From Octopus sinensis (Eukaryota): DNA of 64,000 nt. The translations under genes were made by a program, and so were the position numbers. The stretch covers positions 21,204,001 through 21,268,000 of the forward strand of contig NC_042999.1 in assembly GCF_006345805.1 (NCBI RefSeq), written 5' to 3'. The notes beneath the pieces were generated by a model. The model searched no databases, was not told where the DNA came from, and saw only the letters and a program-made list of their open reading frames with translations. This document shows positions 53,831-64,000 of the stretch, one piece after another (position 1 is the stretch's first letter; each line of letters opens with the position of its first letter).

Positions 53831-54970
53831 TCATACAAAATTCGAAAGGAACTTTTAAAGGTTTTCATTCTTTGTTTTCAGTTACATATTTGTTTACACT
53901 TTTTTCATAATGCGTTCTTGTGTAATTACATATTTATTTTTTTAATTCTTAATATATTTCTACCGACTCTTGTTTTCATCTACACGTTTGCACACTTCCA
54001 TTAATTCAGGTCACCAATAAGTTATTCGACCTCGAGCTGTTTTACACAGTAGAGCTCTCAGTTTGCCATTTCCTCTTTTATTTTAACCGATTCTCTTTGA
54101 TCTTCCCTTTCTATTCTACATTCAGCAATGTTTAGATTTAAGACCTTCCTGGAAAATCAAGCTTCACAGACCGACAGAATGTCACTTACATTTCTCTTTT
54201 ATCCGTTACTTTCTTTTTCGTTTTCCTTGTTCCTATGGCATTTTTCGCTATACAAATCTTTCCCCCAACTTTCCCCACGCTCGCTTTTAGTAACAAATCT
54301 ATGCTCATGATTCCAAATTCTATTCTCTCTTTCTTCGCATTCCTCTCTTCATTATAAATTACCTCTCTCCTCCCGTCCTTTTATTGATGTATATGTATTA
54401 TCATAAATGGATGGAATGCTACAATGAAATTCGCATTTGCCAATCATTCTTCGGGCTTTTCAAGGTTGTAAAATGTTTAACCGAACATACTACATGCGAG
54501 TCGACAATTACTTTGCTTATTTTGTGTGTATAATTATAGCCTCATTTTGTACGCCTGTTTAAATAATATGCGTAAGAATACCAACCAGTTGCCAAATTCT
54601 GAAGCAGCTGTAAATGTTATATATATCTACATTTTTGCAATATGATTCTGTATATATAACATAACTCACAATGAAGTTTTACCATGTATATTTGTTTATC
54701 AATCTTGTTTTTGGTAAATTGTTCCCCCTCTCTATCTCTTTCTCTCCCTCTCTTACTTTCTCTCTCCCTCTCTCTCTACTACATATACATATTATGCAAC
54801 AGTATAATGAAAGATGCAATATCGCGACATTATACAAATTTTTTTGTTACCACATGTACACATACAGAAATTGTACAATACAGTATTCCGAAAATTGAAT
54901 GCAAGCAGAAAAAAAAACAAACTAATAGACAAGTACAAGAAATATAAAAATGCGCATATACGAATTATAT

Positions 54971-55007
<37 letters not shown>

Positions 55008-55847
55008 AGAATTTTTTGCGTAGTAAGATAAAAAAACCAAGGCTGTATAGATATTAGAGCATTTTATATATATAATATATATATATTTTAAATAATGAGG
55101 GAGATAAATTAATATTAATTTTAATATCAATATGGCCGACTTCCTAGCAGTAAGCCCTGCCAATATACACATATATATATATATATATTCGCCATGTTCG
55201 GCCACTGAACTCAGCACGTTTTCTTTTTTATATTTTCTGTCTATTCACTTCCTCTTATTTCTTTCTCTCGAACAGCGTAGCCTCGAAACGTAGAAGACTT
55301 TTCCATTTTTCCCGAGCGCCAAACTAATACACTTGCTTGCTTTTCCTATATTTGTCTTCGTCTAATATACGTGTTCGCACGTGTGTGTGCACGCATGTGC
55401 GTGTGTATGTGTGTGATTGTTTGTAGGTCTACATATTCTTTCAGTCGAGCCAATCGATCCCAGTACTTATTTTTTAAGCATGGCAATTGTTTTAGGAATC
55501 GGTAAGTTACGAGGATGTAAACAAACCAACTCCGATCATCAAGTGCTAATGTGAGACAAAGATCCGCACGCATATATATATGTGTGTGTGTGTGTGTGTG
55601 TATACATGTACATGTATATAGCGATAGATAGGTAGATAGATAGATAGATAGATAGATATGTATTTCTGTGTAAGTTAGACGTTGAGAAACCAACTAAGGG
55701 ATAATACCTATCCAATATACTGCTGGTAGTGTACGCAATTATTCATACCCAAGTACTAGTTATTGCGTGTCAATGTCGCAATTGCGATTTATATATGGGC
55801 GGGGGTAAAAATTGGTTTACCCTTGATTAATACAGCAAATATATTTG

Positions 55848-55869
<22 letters not shown>

Positions 55870-55882
<13 letters not shown>

Positions 55883-56090
55883 ATCCAAACAAGGAAGCAC
55901 AAAAAACCACAACAACGCGAGGACGTGGAACAAATATAGTATTATTGGACGCTCAGGAAAGAAGGGAAGAAGGAGGGTTTAACGTTTCGAGCGGAGCTCT
56001 TCGGCGGTAACATAGGAGTAGGAAAGATCCAGAGAAGGGAAGACAGAGGAAAAAAATCAGATGTATTAGTATAATGCTCGGGAATTGAGA
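55870..56090 (-). mobile_element. Family D short repeat with degenerate hammerhead motif (55977-56011)
   Basis: Reverse complement highly similar to 63190-63397; core CCGCCGA; 3' end TTGGATTAAC flush with (TA)n. Confidence 0.75.
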
Positions 56091-57092
56091 AAGGAACACA
56101 GAAAGAAACACAGAAAGTATATATATATATATATATATATACCATTGTGCTTTTTCATTTTCCGTTGACCAAATCCACTCACAGGTCTTTGGTTTGCCCA
56201 GGTCTTTGATAAAATACACTTGTTCTAGTTGCAATCAGAATCGTGTGGTTAGGAAGCAAACTATTTACTGCATGCATTATTGATATAGGAATGCAAACAT
56301 TACAGCAGTAATGATGCGCACAAATTCAGTAAGTGAAATATATCGGTATACTGATGCGCACGGTTACCATAAAAAGGAAGACTGGAAACGCAAGAGTATA
56401 AATATTGTATTTTTATTACAGCATTCGATCTAATTTATAAGATAGAAATAGCAAAAATAGAACGGTTTTAATCACCAACCATCAAAGTTAGAAAGATATG
56501 TAAATTACAAGGTGCTGAATATTAAATTCGTTGTGACGATTATAATAAAACGCAGGTGATATCATAAAATCATGAAGTTATATAATGATCAAATTATCGA
56601 ATTACGAAATCCGCTAACCAGAGCTCTGGAAAAAAAAAGAAGAAACTTTTGCCTTATTGAGATAGTGCCATACCAAAATAATGTGGTGGTTTGGATATGG
56701 GAGGATAGCCAATGTCACAGGCAATAAAACCTATTTATTTGCTTGGGAGACAGTATAGTGAGATTTGGTGTGATGCTAAGATAAATTTCAAACGACGTGG
56801 AGCCGTGTCCTGAAGATAGATTTCTATCGTAATTTGGACGGGTGGTTAAGAAAGGTTTGACGGAAAATGACATGTAACGTGCTATCAAAATATATATGCA
56901 AGCTATGCAAGGAATAGTAGTCACATAAAGACACGATTCCATTTAGCAGCTTTGTCCATTTGAGAGCACCGAGAATATACATGACAGCGAATGTGCTACA
57001 CGAGTAAGAATAAAGTCAGAATAATTTGCCTTAAAGAACTGGAAATACGAAGGAACAGCAACATTGATAGCGGTCTGGTGAGGGCAGAGCAA

Positions 57093-57438
57093 CTAAGTGA
57101 AAAACAGATAAGATGATGCCCAGCAGACTAACAACAGCAAACAGAAGCAACACTTTATCAGCACGTAATGGAGAAGCAAGTATTTTTTCGCTCTTTCTCC
57201 TGCAGTTCTCGATTGTGTTCTTATTTTTTTCTTATTATTATCCAAATTTTGCGATCTTACTTTGCAGAACGAATTAAACATCGTCTTCAGTACCTCAATA
57301 TCTTCCTCTACATCCGATGTTCTCTTAAATGGAACGCTGCCAGGTTGAATATTGACCCTTGTTTTTCCGCGCAAGTAATTGTGCTTAAAGCACGGGTCAA
57401 AGTCAGTCATTTTTATCATCCAATCTTTCTTTGTGATC
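57093..57438 (-). CDS. Candidate exon or terminal ORF: non-repetitive, ends in a hydrophobic tail; weak syntaxin-like heptad pattern
   Basis: Acceptor tattttatcttcttgtag|G at 57438; open to TAG at 57093 (internal donor AAA|gtaaga at 57261); no confirmed homology. Confidence 0.3.
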
Positions 57439-57484
57439 CTACAAGAAGATAAAATATACGTTCCCTATATTTTATCTTCTGGAG

Positions 57485-57715
57485 GGCGGCGAGCTGGCAG
57501 AAACGTTAGCGCGCCGGGCGAAATGCTTCGCGGTATTTCGTCTGTCGTTACGTTCTGAGTTCAAATTCCGACGAGGTCGACTTTGCCTTTCATCCTTTCG
57601 GGGTCGATAAATAAAGTACCAGTTACACACTGGGGCCGATATAATCGACTTAATCCTCTTGTCTGTCCTTGTTTGTCCTGTCTGTGTTTAGCCCCTTGTG
57701 GGTAGTAAAGAAATA
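57485..57715 (+). mobile_element. Full-length S1 SINE with 16-bp TSD
   Basis: TSD TATATTTTATCTTCTG at 57466-57481 and 57716-57731. Confidence 0.92.
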
Positions 57716-58061
57716 TATATTTTATCTTCTGCAGCCAAAGGAAACTGTTAAAATTCAATAACGCATTGAACTTCTCTTGGAACGACGTAGAGGGAGGGCT
57801 TCTTGGCAGGTTCGAACATTTGTAGTTCCATAGTTGCCTCAGCGGGGTGTTTAGCGCCGGGAAAGTTTAAACACGTTTCGTACAGAATTTAGAGTTGATA
57901 TATATTAGACGATCTTCAGGTAGACGAGATATATAACCTAGTTTTATGCGAAACATCATGTTTCTGAGTCCTTGGTTGTAATTTCATAGTTTTGTGCCAA
58001 TCTTTATTGCGGTAATAAGTATATTTGCATATATTTGTATGAGTAATTACAACATAGTTTC

Positions 58062-58188
58062 ATTATTTACATTATTTACATTTGACGGACATTTGTCCTC
58101 ATCTTTTTAAGTCTCTTGGGGAAATTTCTAACCTGGGTTCTCATTCCTAAGGTATTTTTCGATGTTATCATCGTCATCATCATCATCG

Positions 58189-58279
<91 letters not shown>

Positions 58280-58506
58280 GGTCGCCGCCTGGAATCGAAC
58301 TCGGAATCTGAGGGTTAGTAGCGCGCGCTCTTAACCACTACGCCATATGCCCGTGGTTCGAAATATCCCCCCAAGGCACCTGATGGAGGCAGGAGGTTAT
58401 ATCAGCCGAAACGTTTTGTTAACAATAAACAAGATGAGGACAATTATCCGTCAAATGTAAATAATGTAAATCATGTACATAATTCCTCTTCTCTTAAATA
58501 TAGAAC
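58062..58506 (-). mobile_element. Family C element: tRNA-like head, (AAT)n(GAT)n, internally deleted tail, plus an inverted hammerhead-bearing tail copy
   Basis: Head rc GGGCATATGGCGTAGTGGTTAAGAGCGCG...GAGTTCGATTCCAGGCGGCGACC (58280-58352); ends TTTACATTATTTACATTTGACGGA / TCCGTCAAATGTAAATAATGTAAA are inverted. Confidence 0.8.
58376..58419 (+). ncRNA. Minimal hammerhead-like motif of family C
   Basis: GCAC CTGATGGA GGCAG gaggttatat CAGCC GAAAC GT T TTGT; one extra core nucleotide, one mismatch in stem II, weak stem I in this copy. Confidence 0.5.
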
Positions 58507-59059
58507 AACATTGTTACAGTTGTTTCATGAGATTATAATCTTCCGTACATTTTTGTTTTGAAGAGGGTCAACAAATGATTGTAGTGGATTAATGTTTCTG
58601 ATTATAACATGAGCGGACGATTAGTTTTAGCCACGCCTTATGTGTTGACGTCATGGGAAATAGATCAGTAAAAAGGAAAATAATATTTATAATTAGTTTG
58701 GCAAGTAACCCTTTGTCTTCGTATGGTGCTTAGGCCATCGTCCACTTTTCTCTAGTATTCTCCACTTTGAATAATCAATTATGCTTTTGCAACTTTGATG
58801 GTAGGTATATATTTTGTCCTCGGGTAGCTCATTTTACTTCAGGGAAGAAGTGGTCCATAATAGTTTTGCTTTTATCTTTTGACCTGTCCAGCATCGGAGG
58901 TTCTATCCTTGAACTTGTCCAGCTTGCGCTCCTTTGGCATAGCTCTCAGAGTCATTGAAGCACACAAAACACCATAACACAAGTACTGGACCTTGTAGTG
59001 GACTGTAGAATATTTGTGTGTTATTCGTGTGTTTAGAGCTTGAAGTAGAAAAATGAATA

Positions 59060-59564
59060 CCGTAAATCCCCGAGTATTGTCCGCCCTTGAGATTAATACG
59101 CAGGGAATTTTTAGGGGGTTGTACGTCTGAAAGACCTAAACCTTGTGTATAATACGCACCCCTTCTCTAACTTGAGTCAAGGAGGTCTATATAACGTCCT
59201 TGGTTTGTAAAAATATATACGATAACGTCCTTTATCATTATTGTATATATAACGTAATGCAAACGTTAGCTTTTTTGTGCATTTTGTTTGCAGAAAATAA
59301 AGAAATAACAGTAATAACGTTTAATAAATGTTGCTTACTGGATGTTATGGATGATTCTTTTATGACTTCATTGCTTTCTGCCTTAATGTATTTTCGCGCC
59401 CGACATCACAAAATGCGTCTGAATAAAAATTGCCGGACAGCAAATAGAGACTCTCACATTGCTTAGAAAATATTTTTCATTTTAAATCTCGTATATAGTA
59501 CGCACTAGGGATTTTGACCTTTAAATTTTGGGAACAAATGCGGATTATACTCGAGGATTTACGG
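59060..59564. mobile_element. pogo/Tigger-like MITE with TA TSD
   Basis: ta|CCGTAAATCCCCGAGTATTGTCCGC ... GCGGATTATACTCGAGGATTTACGG|ta. Confidence 0.8.
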
Positions 59565-60058
59565 TAGTAATTTTTGTTGATAATTTTCACGAAATTCAAA
59601 TTAGTAAGCACTCAAAAAAATTTTTTTCCATGTCACCGTGTATTTAGGAGTAGGCCTTGCAGCTCATACATCGATTAAGAGGGTTCAAAGATTGGTTTGC
59701 ATTAATCAAAAATTAACATACGTAGGAATTTTCAAAAACTTTTATGCGTGAATATATATGTCGGGCATATTTATAAAGTTCACACATAAATATAACAAAC
59801 AATATACATTATGACTTTCGTGGATCTAATTTTGTTTCGGAAAACTCTACTTATACTTACATAGCTCGAGAGAAATTAAATGTACGAACTGTTTCCGAAG
59901 TCATTATCACACTCCATATATTAGTTTGAAGTAATAAGCATACTTTTGTGACACTTTGTACTTTGCGTGAACTATAGCCTACTAGCGCTTCATGGGTGAA
60001 ATTGTGAAATTGGAAGATGGAAACGGAGGCAGCCAGTCGCACGCGTATATATATATAG

Positions 60059-60089
<31 letters not shown>

Positions 60090-60469
60090 GATAGATACAT
60101 ACATACATACATACATGTAGATAGACAGATATACACATTCACACACATATATAAAAACGTTTGTGTGTGCATATGTGTGTGTGAGTGTGTGTCCATGTAT
60201 GTATGTTTTGTATGTGTGCTTGTGAATGTTTGTGTGTATTTCTCAGCTCGTGGTGTTTTTGGTCCCACTACTGCTGCTTGGTAAGTGATGCCGGTTTGTT
60301 AAGGTCCAGATGACGTACCTTTTGTGCAAAAACTTTCGATAGAATAAGTAGCAAACTTTAAGAAAAGTAATGGTCGTGTCAATTTTTTAAAATTAACTCT
60401 TCAAGGCAATACCCGAGCATGGCCGCTGTCCAATGAATGAAACAGGTAACAGATAAAATGTAAAGTTAT

Positions 60470-61050
60470 AGGCGTAGGTGTGGCTGTGTGGTAAGTAGCT
60501 TGCTTTCGCGGGGTTATCGGTCGGTGGGCGCCGGTCCCCCTCCCATTTTTATTCATTTTTATCGTTATCATCATCACATTACTGTCCTTGTCCAGCCCGC
60601 AGCTACTCTGTGTACTGCCCTTGTGGCAAACTATGTGAATAAAAGTAGCTTGCTTACCAACCACATGGTTCCTGGTTCAGTGGCACTTTGGGCAAGTGTC
60701 TTCTACTGTAGCCTCGGGTCGACCAAAGCCTTGTGAGTGGATTTGGTAGACGGAAACTGAAAGAAGCCCGTCGTATATATGTATATATATGTGTATATAT
60801 ATATGTGTGTGTGTGTGTGTATTTGTATGTATTTGTGTGTCTGTATTTTTCCCCTCAGCATCGCTTGACACCCGATGCAGGTGTATTTACGTCCCCGTAA
60901 TTTAGCAGTTCAGCAAAAGAGACCGAGAGAATAAGTACTAGGTTTACAAAGAATAAGTCCTGAGGTCGATTTGCTCCATCGACTAAAGACGGTGCTCCAG
61001 TACGGCCGCAGTCAAATGACTGAAACAAGTACCCGAGTAAAAGAGTAAAA
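60470..61050 (+). mobile_element. S2 SINE with a 137-bp insertion in its head
   Basis: Head interrupted at 60506-60642, flanked by AAGTAGCTTGCTT duplicates. Confidence 0.85.
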
Positions 61051-61517
61051 GACTATACAAACTTTTTACTAACCATTATTTATAAATACCGCATAGAACG
61101 ACGTTATTATTTGGCAATCTTTGTCTGGATGTGTGAATCCTATTTCAGAAAATATGTTACTGTGGCTTTTCGTTTTGCAGATTGATTTTCATGACGCATA
61201 TTTTCCATTGTAGAACTATGGATAATTTGCACTTTTTCAACTCATACGTTTTCAGTTTTTGCTGCATTTTTTTTTTGTTTTTTCATTTCGTTCTGAGTTG
61301 ATTAGAATTGTAAATTATATTCAGTGCTTCTTTCAAGAAAAAAATATATGAAGTTTCAATTTATTTTACCTCTAAAGCGTTTTAATATAATGCCATTTTT
61401 TCCAGTAAAATTGTATTTTGACACGATTCCACAGTGCACTAATTATTCCGATATCCACGACGATCGATAACAACAGTAACAAAAGCAACAACAGCAACTA
61501 TAATAATAGAAATAATA

Positions 61518-61586
<69 letters not shown>

Positions 61587-62994
61587 GAAATAATAATAAT
61601 AATAATAATCGTATGAAGAAGCAGATGATGATGATGATGGTAGATAGATAAATAAATAGATAGATAGATAGAAATATAATGATTTATATATTCATAGTTA
61701 TATACACACATGCATACATGCGTATGAGTGAAAATAGTCGAAACTTTAAAAAATATATAATCCTTTGTTTTCAAGCCAAAACCAATATACTTTAAAGTAA
61801 TCTTATATTTCTCTTATTGTCATACATATCTAACAAAATATAAATATTTTAGGTAGTATAAATTCATCTTTTTTTATTAAGAGAAAAAAATATTTTAATC
61901 TTTTCACTGACTGAAATGGGGAATAATTACTTGTGAATCCATTTTGAATGTATACAGCAGTACAATGCACTATTTCGAGCAGGAACTGGTGGATTTAATT
62001 CCAAAATTTGAAAGCTTTCTTTCTTTGAAAATTGAGCTTTTTAGAATTCAGTAAAGAAATATATTATCGGACATAGCCTTTTTCACTCGCAAAATATCCA
62101 TTTTTAGAAAAGGCAGTAAAAAAATTTGAAAATCAGCTAAAATAATATAGTTTTCCAGTCTATTTGTGGAGCAAAAAAATTGGAGGAAAAAGTTATACAG
62201 TTTTAAAAATTGAAAAAAACTGTGTCTTTTTAGCTAATAGTGAGACAGAAATTTTCTGACTTTAGCTGAGTGGTGTCAACTTTAAGGTTGTACCCAGTGA
62301 AATTTATAGTTTAGCGTCTGTGTAATGACCTCTCCATCGTGGGCTTCTAAACGAACAGAAACACCTAAAAAAATCAACATGTATCATCTTACTGTTTCTT
62401 TTGTTTCTTCATTGATTGTATGTTTTTCTTTTTTTTTAATTGGTTGTATCAATATATTTGTCTTCATGTGTTTACTTTATGCGTATTTCAGTATTATGCA
62501 TACCTGTCATGTATTTGTATACATCATAAATAAATAAGTGCAGTGTGCGTGTGTGTGTGTGTGTCTGCCTCTAAAACTCCGAAGTTGAGTAACGTTTTCA
62601 TGCTTGGATTTGTAAACTATGATAGGAATAACGATGGTCAACAAAGAACTTGTCCCAAGAAAAAAAGAGTTCCTGTACCTTATATGTTTTTGCATGCAGA
62701 TACAGAAATTATGTCAAATTATCTCACCTTCATAATGCCAAGAAACTGTATAAACGTTGCGAACAACTTTTGCTATTACTCATTTTACTTGTTTCAGCCA
62801 TTTCACTGTGGCCATGCTGGAGCACCGTCGATGGAGCAAATCGAGCCCAGGACTTATTCTTTGTAAGCCTAGTACTTATTCTATCGGTCTCTTTTGTCGC
62901 CGAACCACTAAGTTACGGGGACGTAAACACACCAGCATCGGTTGTCAAGCGATGTTAGGGGGACAAACACAGACACACAAACACACACACACAC

Positions 62995-63027
<33 letters not shown>

Positions 63028-63189
63028 CAACCGAAATTGCGAGGATGATCTAGTTCTTGACTGAAGATTGATAGCTTCGAATGTCCCGTCCGTGTTTTTT
63101 GTATCGTCTTCTAAATGTTTTGCGTTCTTGTCCCAGTTTGTATGTTTTTACATATACATCTATATATATATATATGTGACCTCGTGAGT

Positions 63190-63388
63190 ACCACTGGCGA
63201 TTTTTTTTCCTCTGTCTTCCCTTCTCGGGATCTTTCCTTCTCCTATGTTTCCGACGAAGAGCTCCGCTCGAAACGTTAAACCCTCCTTCTTCCCTTCTTT
63301 CCTGAGCGTCCAATAATACTTTATTTGTTCTTCGTCCTCACGTTGCTGTGTTTTTTATTTGTTTTTTTGTGTTTTCTTGTTTGGATTA

Positions 63389-63397
<9 letters not shown>
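63190..63397 (+). mobile_element. Family D short repeat
   Basis: Paralog of 55870-56090; ends TTGGATTAAC(TT)(TA)n. Confidence 0.75.
63247..63281 (+). ncRNA. Minimal hammerhead-like motif, variant core CCGACGA
   Basis: GTTT CCGACGA A GAGC TCC GCTC GAAAC GT T AAAC: 4-bp stem I, 4-bp stem II, palindromic stem III; U4 replaced by C. Confidence 0.55.
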
Positions 63398-63427
<30 letters not shown>

Positions 63428-64000
63428 GCGCGATTTGCTCGACTAAAGGCGGTGCTCCAGCATGGCCACAGTCAAATGACTGAAACAAGTAAAATGAGTA
63501 ATAGCAAAAGTTGTTCGCAACGTTTATACAGTTTCTTGGCATTATGAAGGTGAGATAATTTGACTTAATTTCTGTTTCTGCATGCAAAAACATATAAGGT
63601 ACAGGAATTCTTTTTCTTGGGAAAAGTTCTTTGTTGACCAGGGTTATTCTTATCGTAGTTTACAAATCCAAGCATGAAGACGTTACTCAGCTTTGGAGTT
63701 TGGGAGGCAGACACACACACACACACATACACACACACACTGCACTTATTTATTTATGATGTATACAAATACACGACAGGTATGCATAATACTGAAATAC
63801 GCATAAAGAAAAAACATGAAGACAAATATATTAATAAAAAATAATAAAAAACAATAAGAAAAACATACAATCAATGAAGAGACAAAAGAAACAGTAAGAT
63901 GACACATGATTTTATTAGGTATTTCTGTTTATTTAGAAACCTACAATAAAATTAGGTGTATCTTTCTTTCTATTTCAGTCTACGGGCTTCTTTCAGTTTC

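Larger units (their letters stand above)
62345..63938. repeat. Inverted duplication, about 500-bp arms (62345-62850 and 63430-63938), about 580-bp spacer
   Basis: Unique sequence such as AATTATCTCACCTTCATAATGCCAAGAAACTGTATAAACGTTGCGAACAACTTTTGCTATTACTC is present in both orientations with scattered substitutions. Confidence 0.92.

Noticed and set aside
58280-58352. Functional tRNA gene (also 11535-11610 and 26466-26540)
   Set aside because: A and B boxes are present but acceptor and anticodon stems do not pair properly, and each continues into a repeat body; these are SINE heads

Overview
Repeat-saturated, AT-rich eukaryotic DNA. The very dense (TA)n/(TG)n/(AAT)n/(GAT)n microsatellites and three tRNA-derived SINE families suggest an octopod cephalopod genome (inference from repeat content). 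No host protein-coding gene can be identified with confidence, and nearly all ORFs in the supplied track are microsatellite artefacts. Supported content: many SINE copies; decayed remnants of an R2-superfamily (HERO-like) restriction-like-endonuclease retrotransposon, an RTE-type LINE and a DD37D (maT) transposase; several MITE-like foldback elements; a 12-unit hairpin minisatellite; and four local inverted duplications. The main unexpected signal is minimal type I hammerhead-ribozyme motifs in about five short non-coding repeat families. Two examples have intact cores (22565-22625 with its inverted twin 21858-21920, and 35799-35847). One family couples a tRNA-like Pol III head to a hammerhead-bearing tail and has the same head-to-head inverted architecture at two independent loci, which points to Penelope-like (PLE) or retrozyme-type mobilisation. 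A weak chain of phase-compatible microexon candidates (+ strand) and a tail-anchored ORF (- strand) may mark a host gene but are close to chance level.
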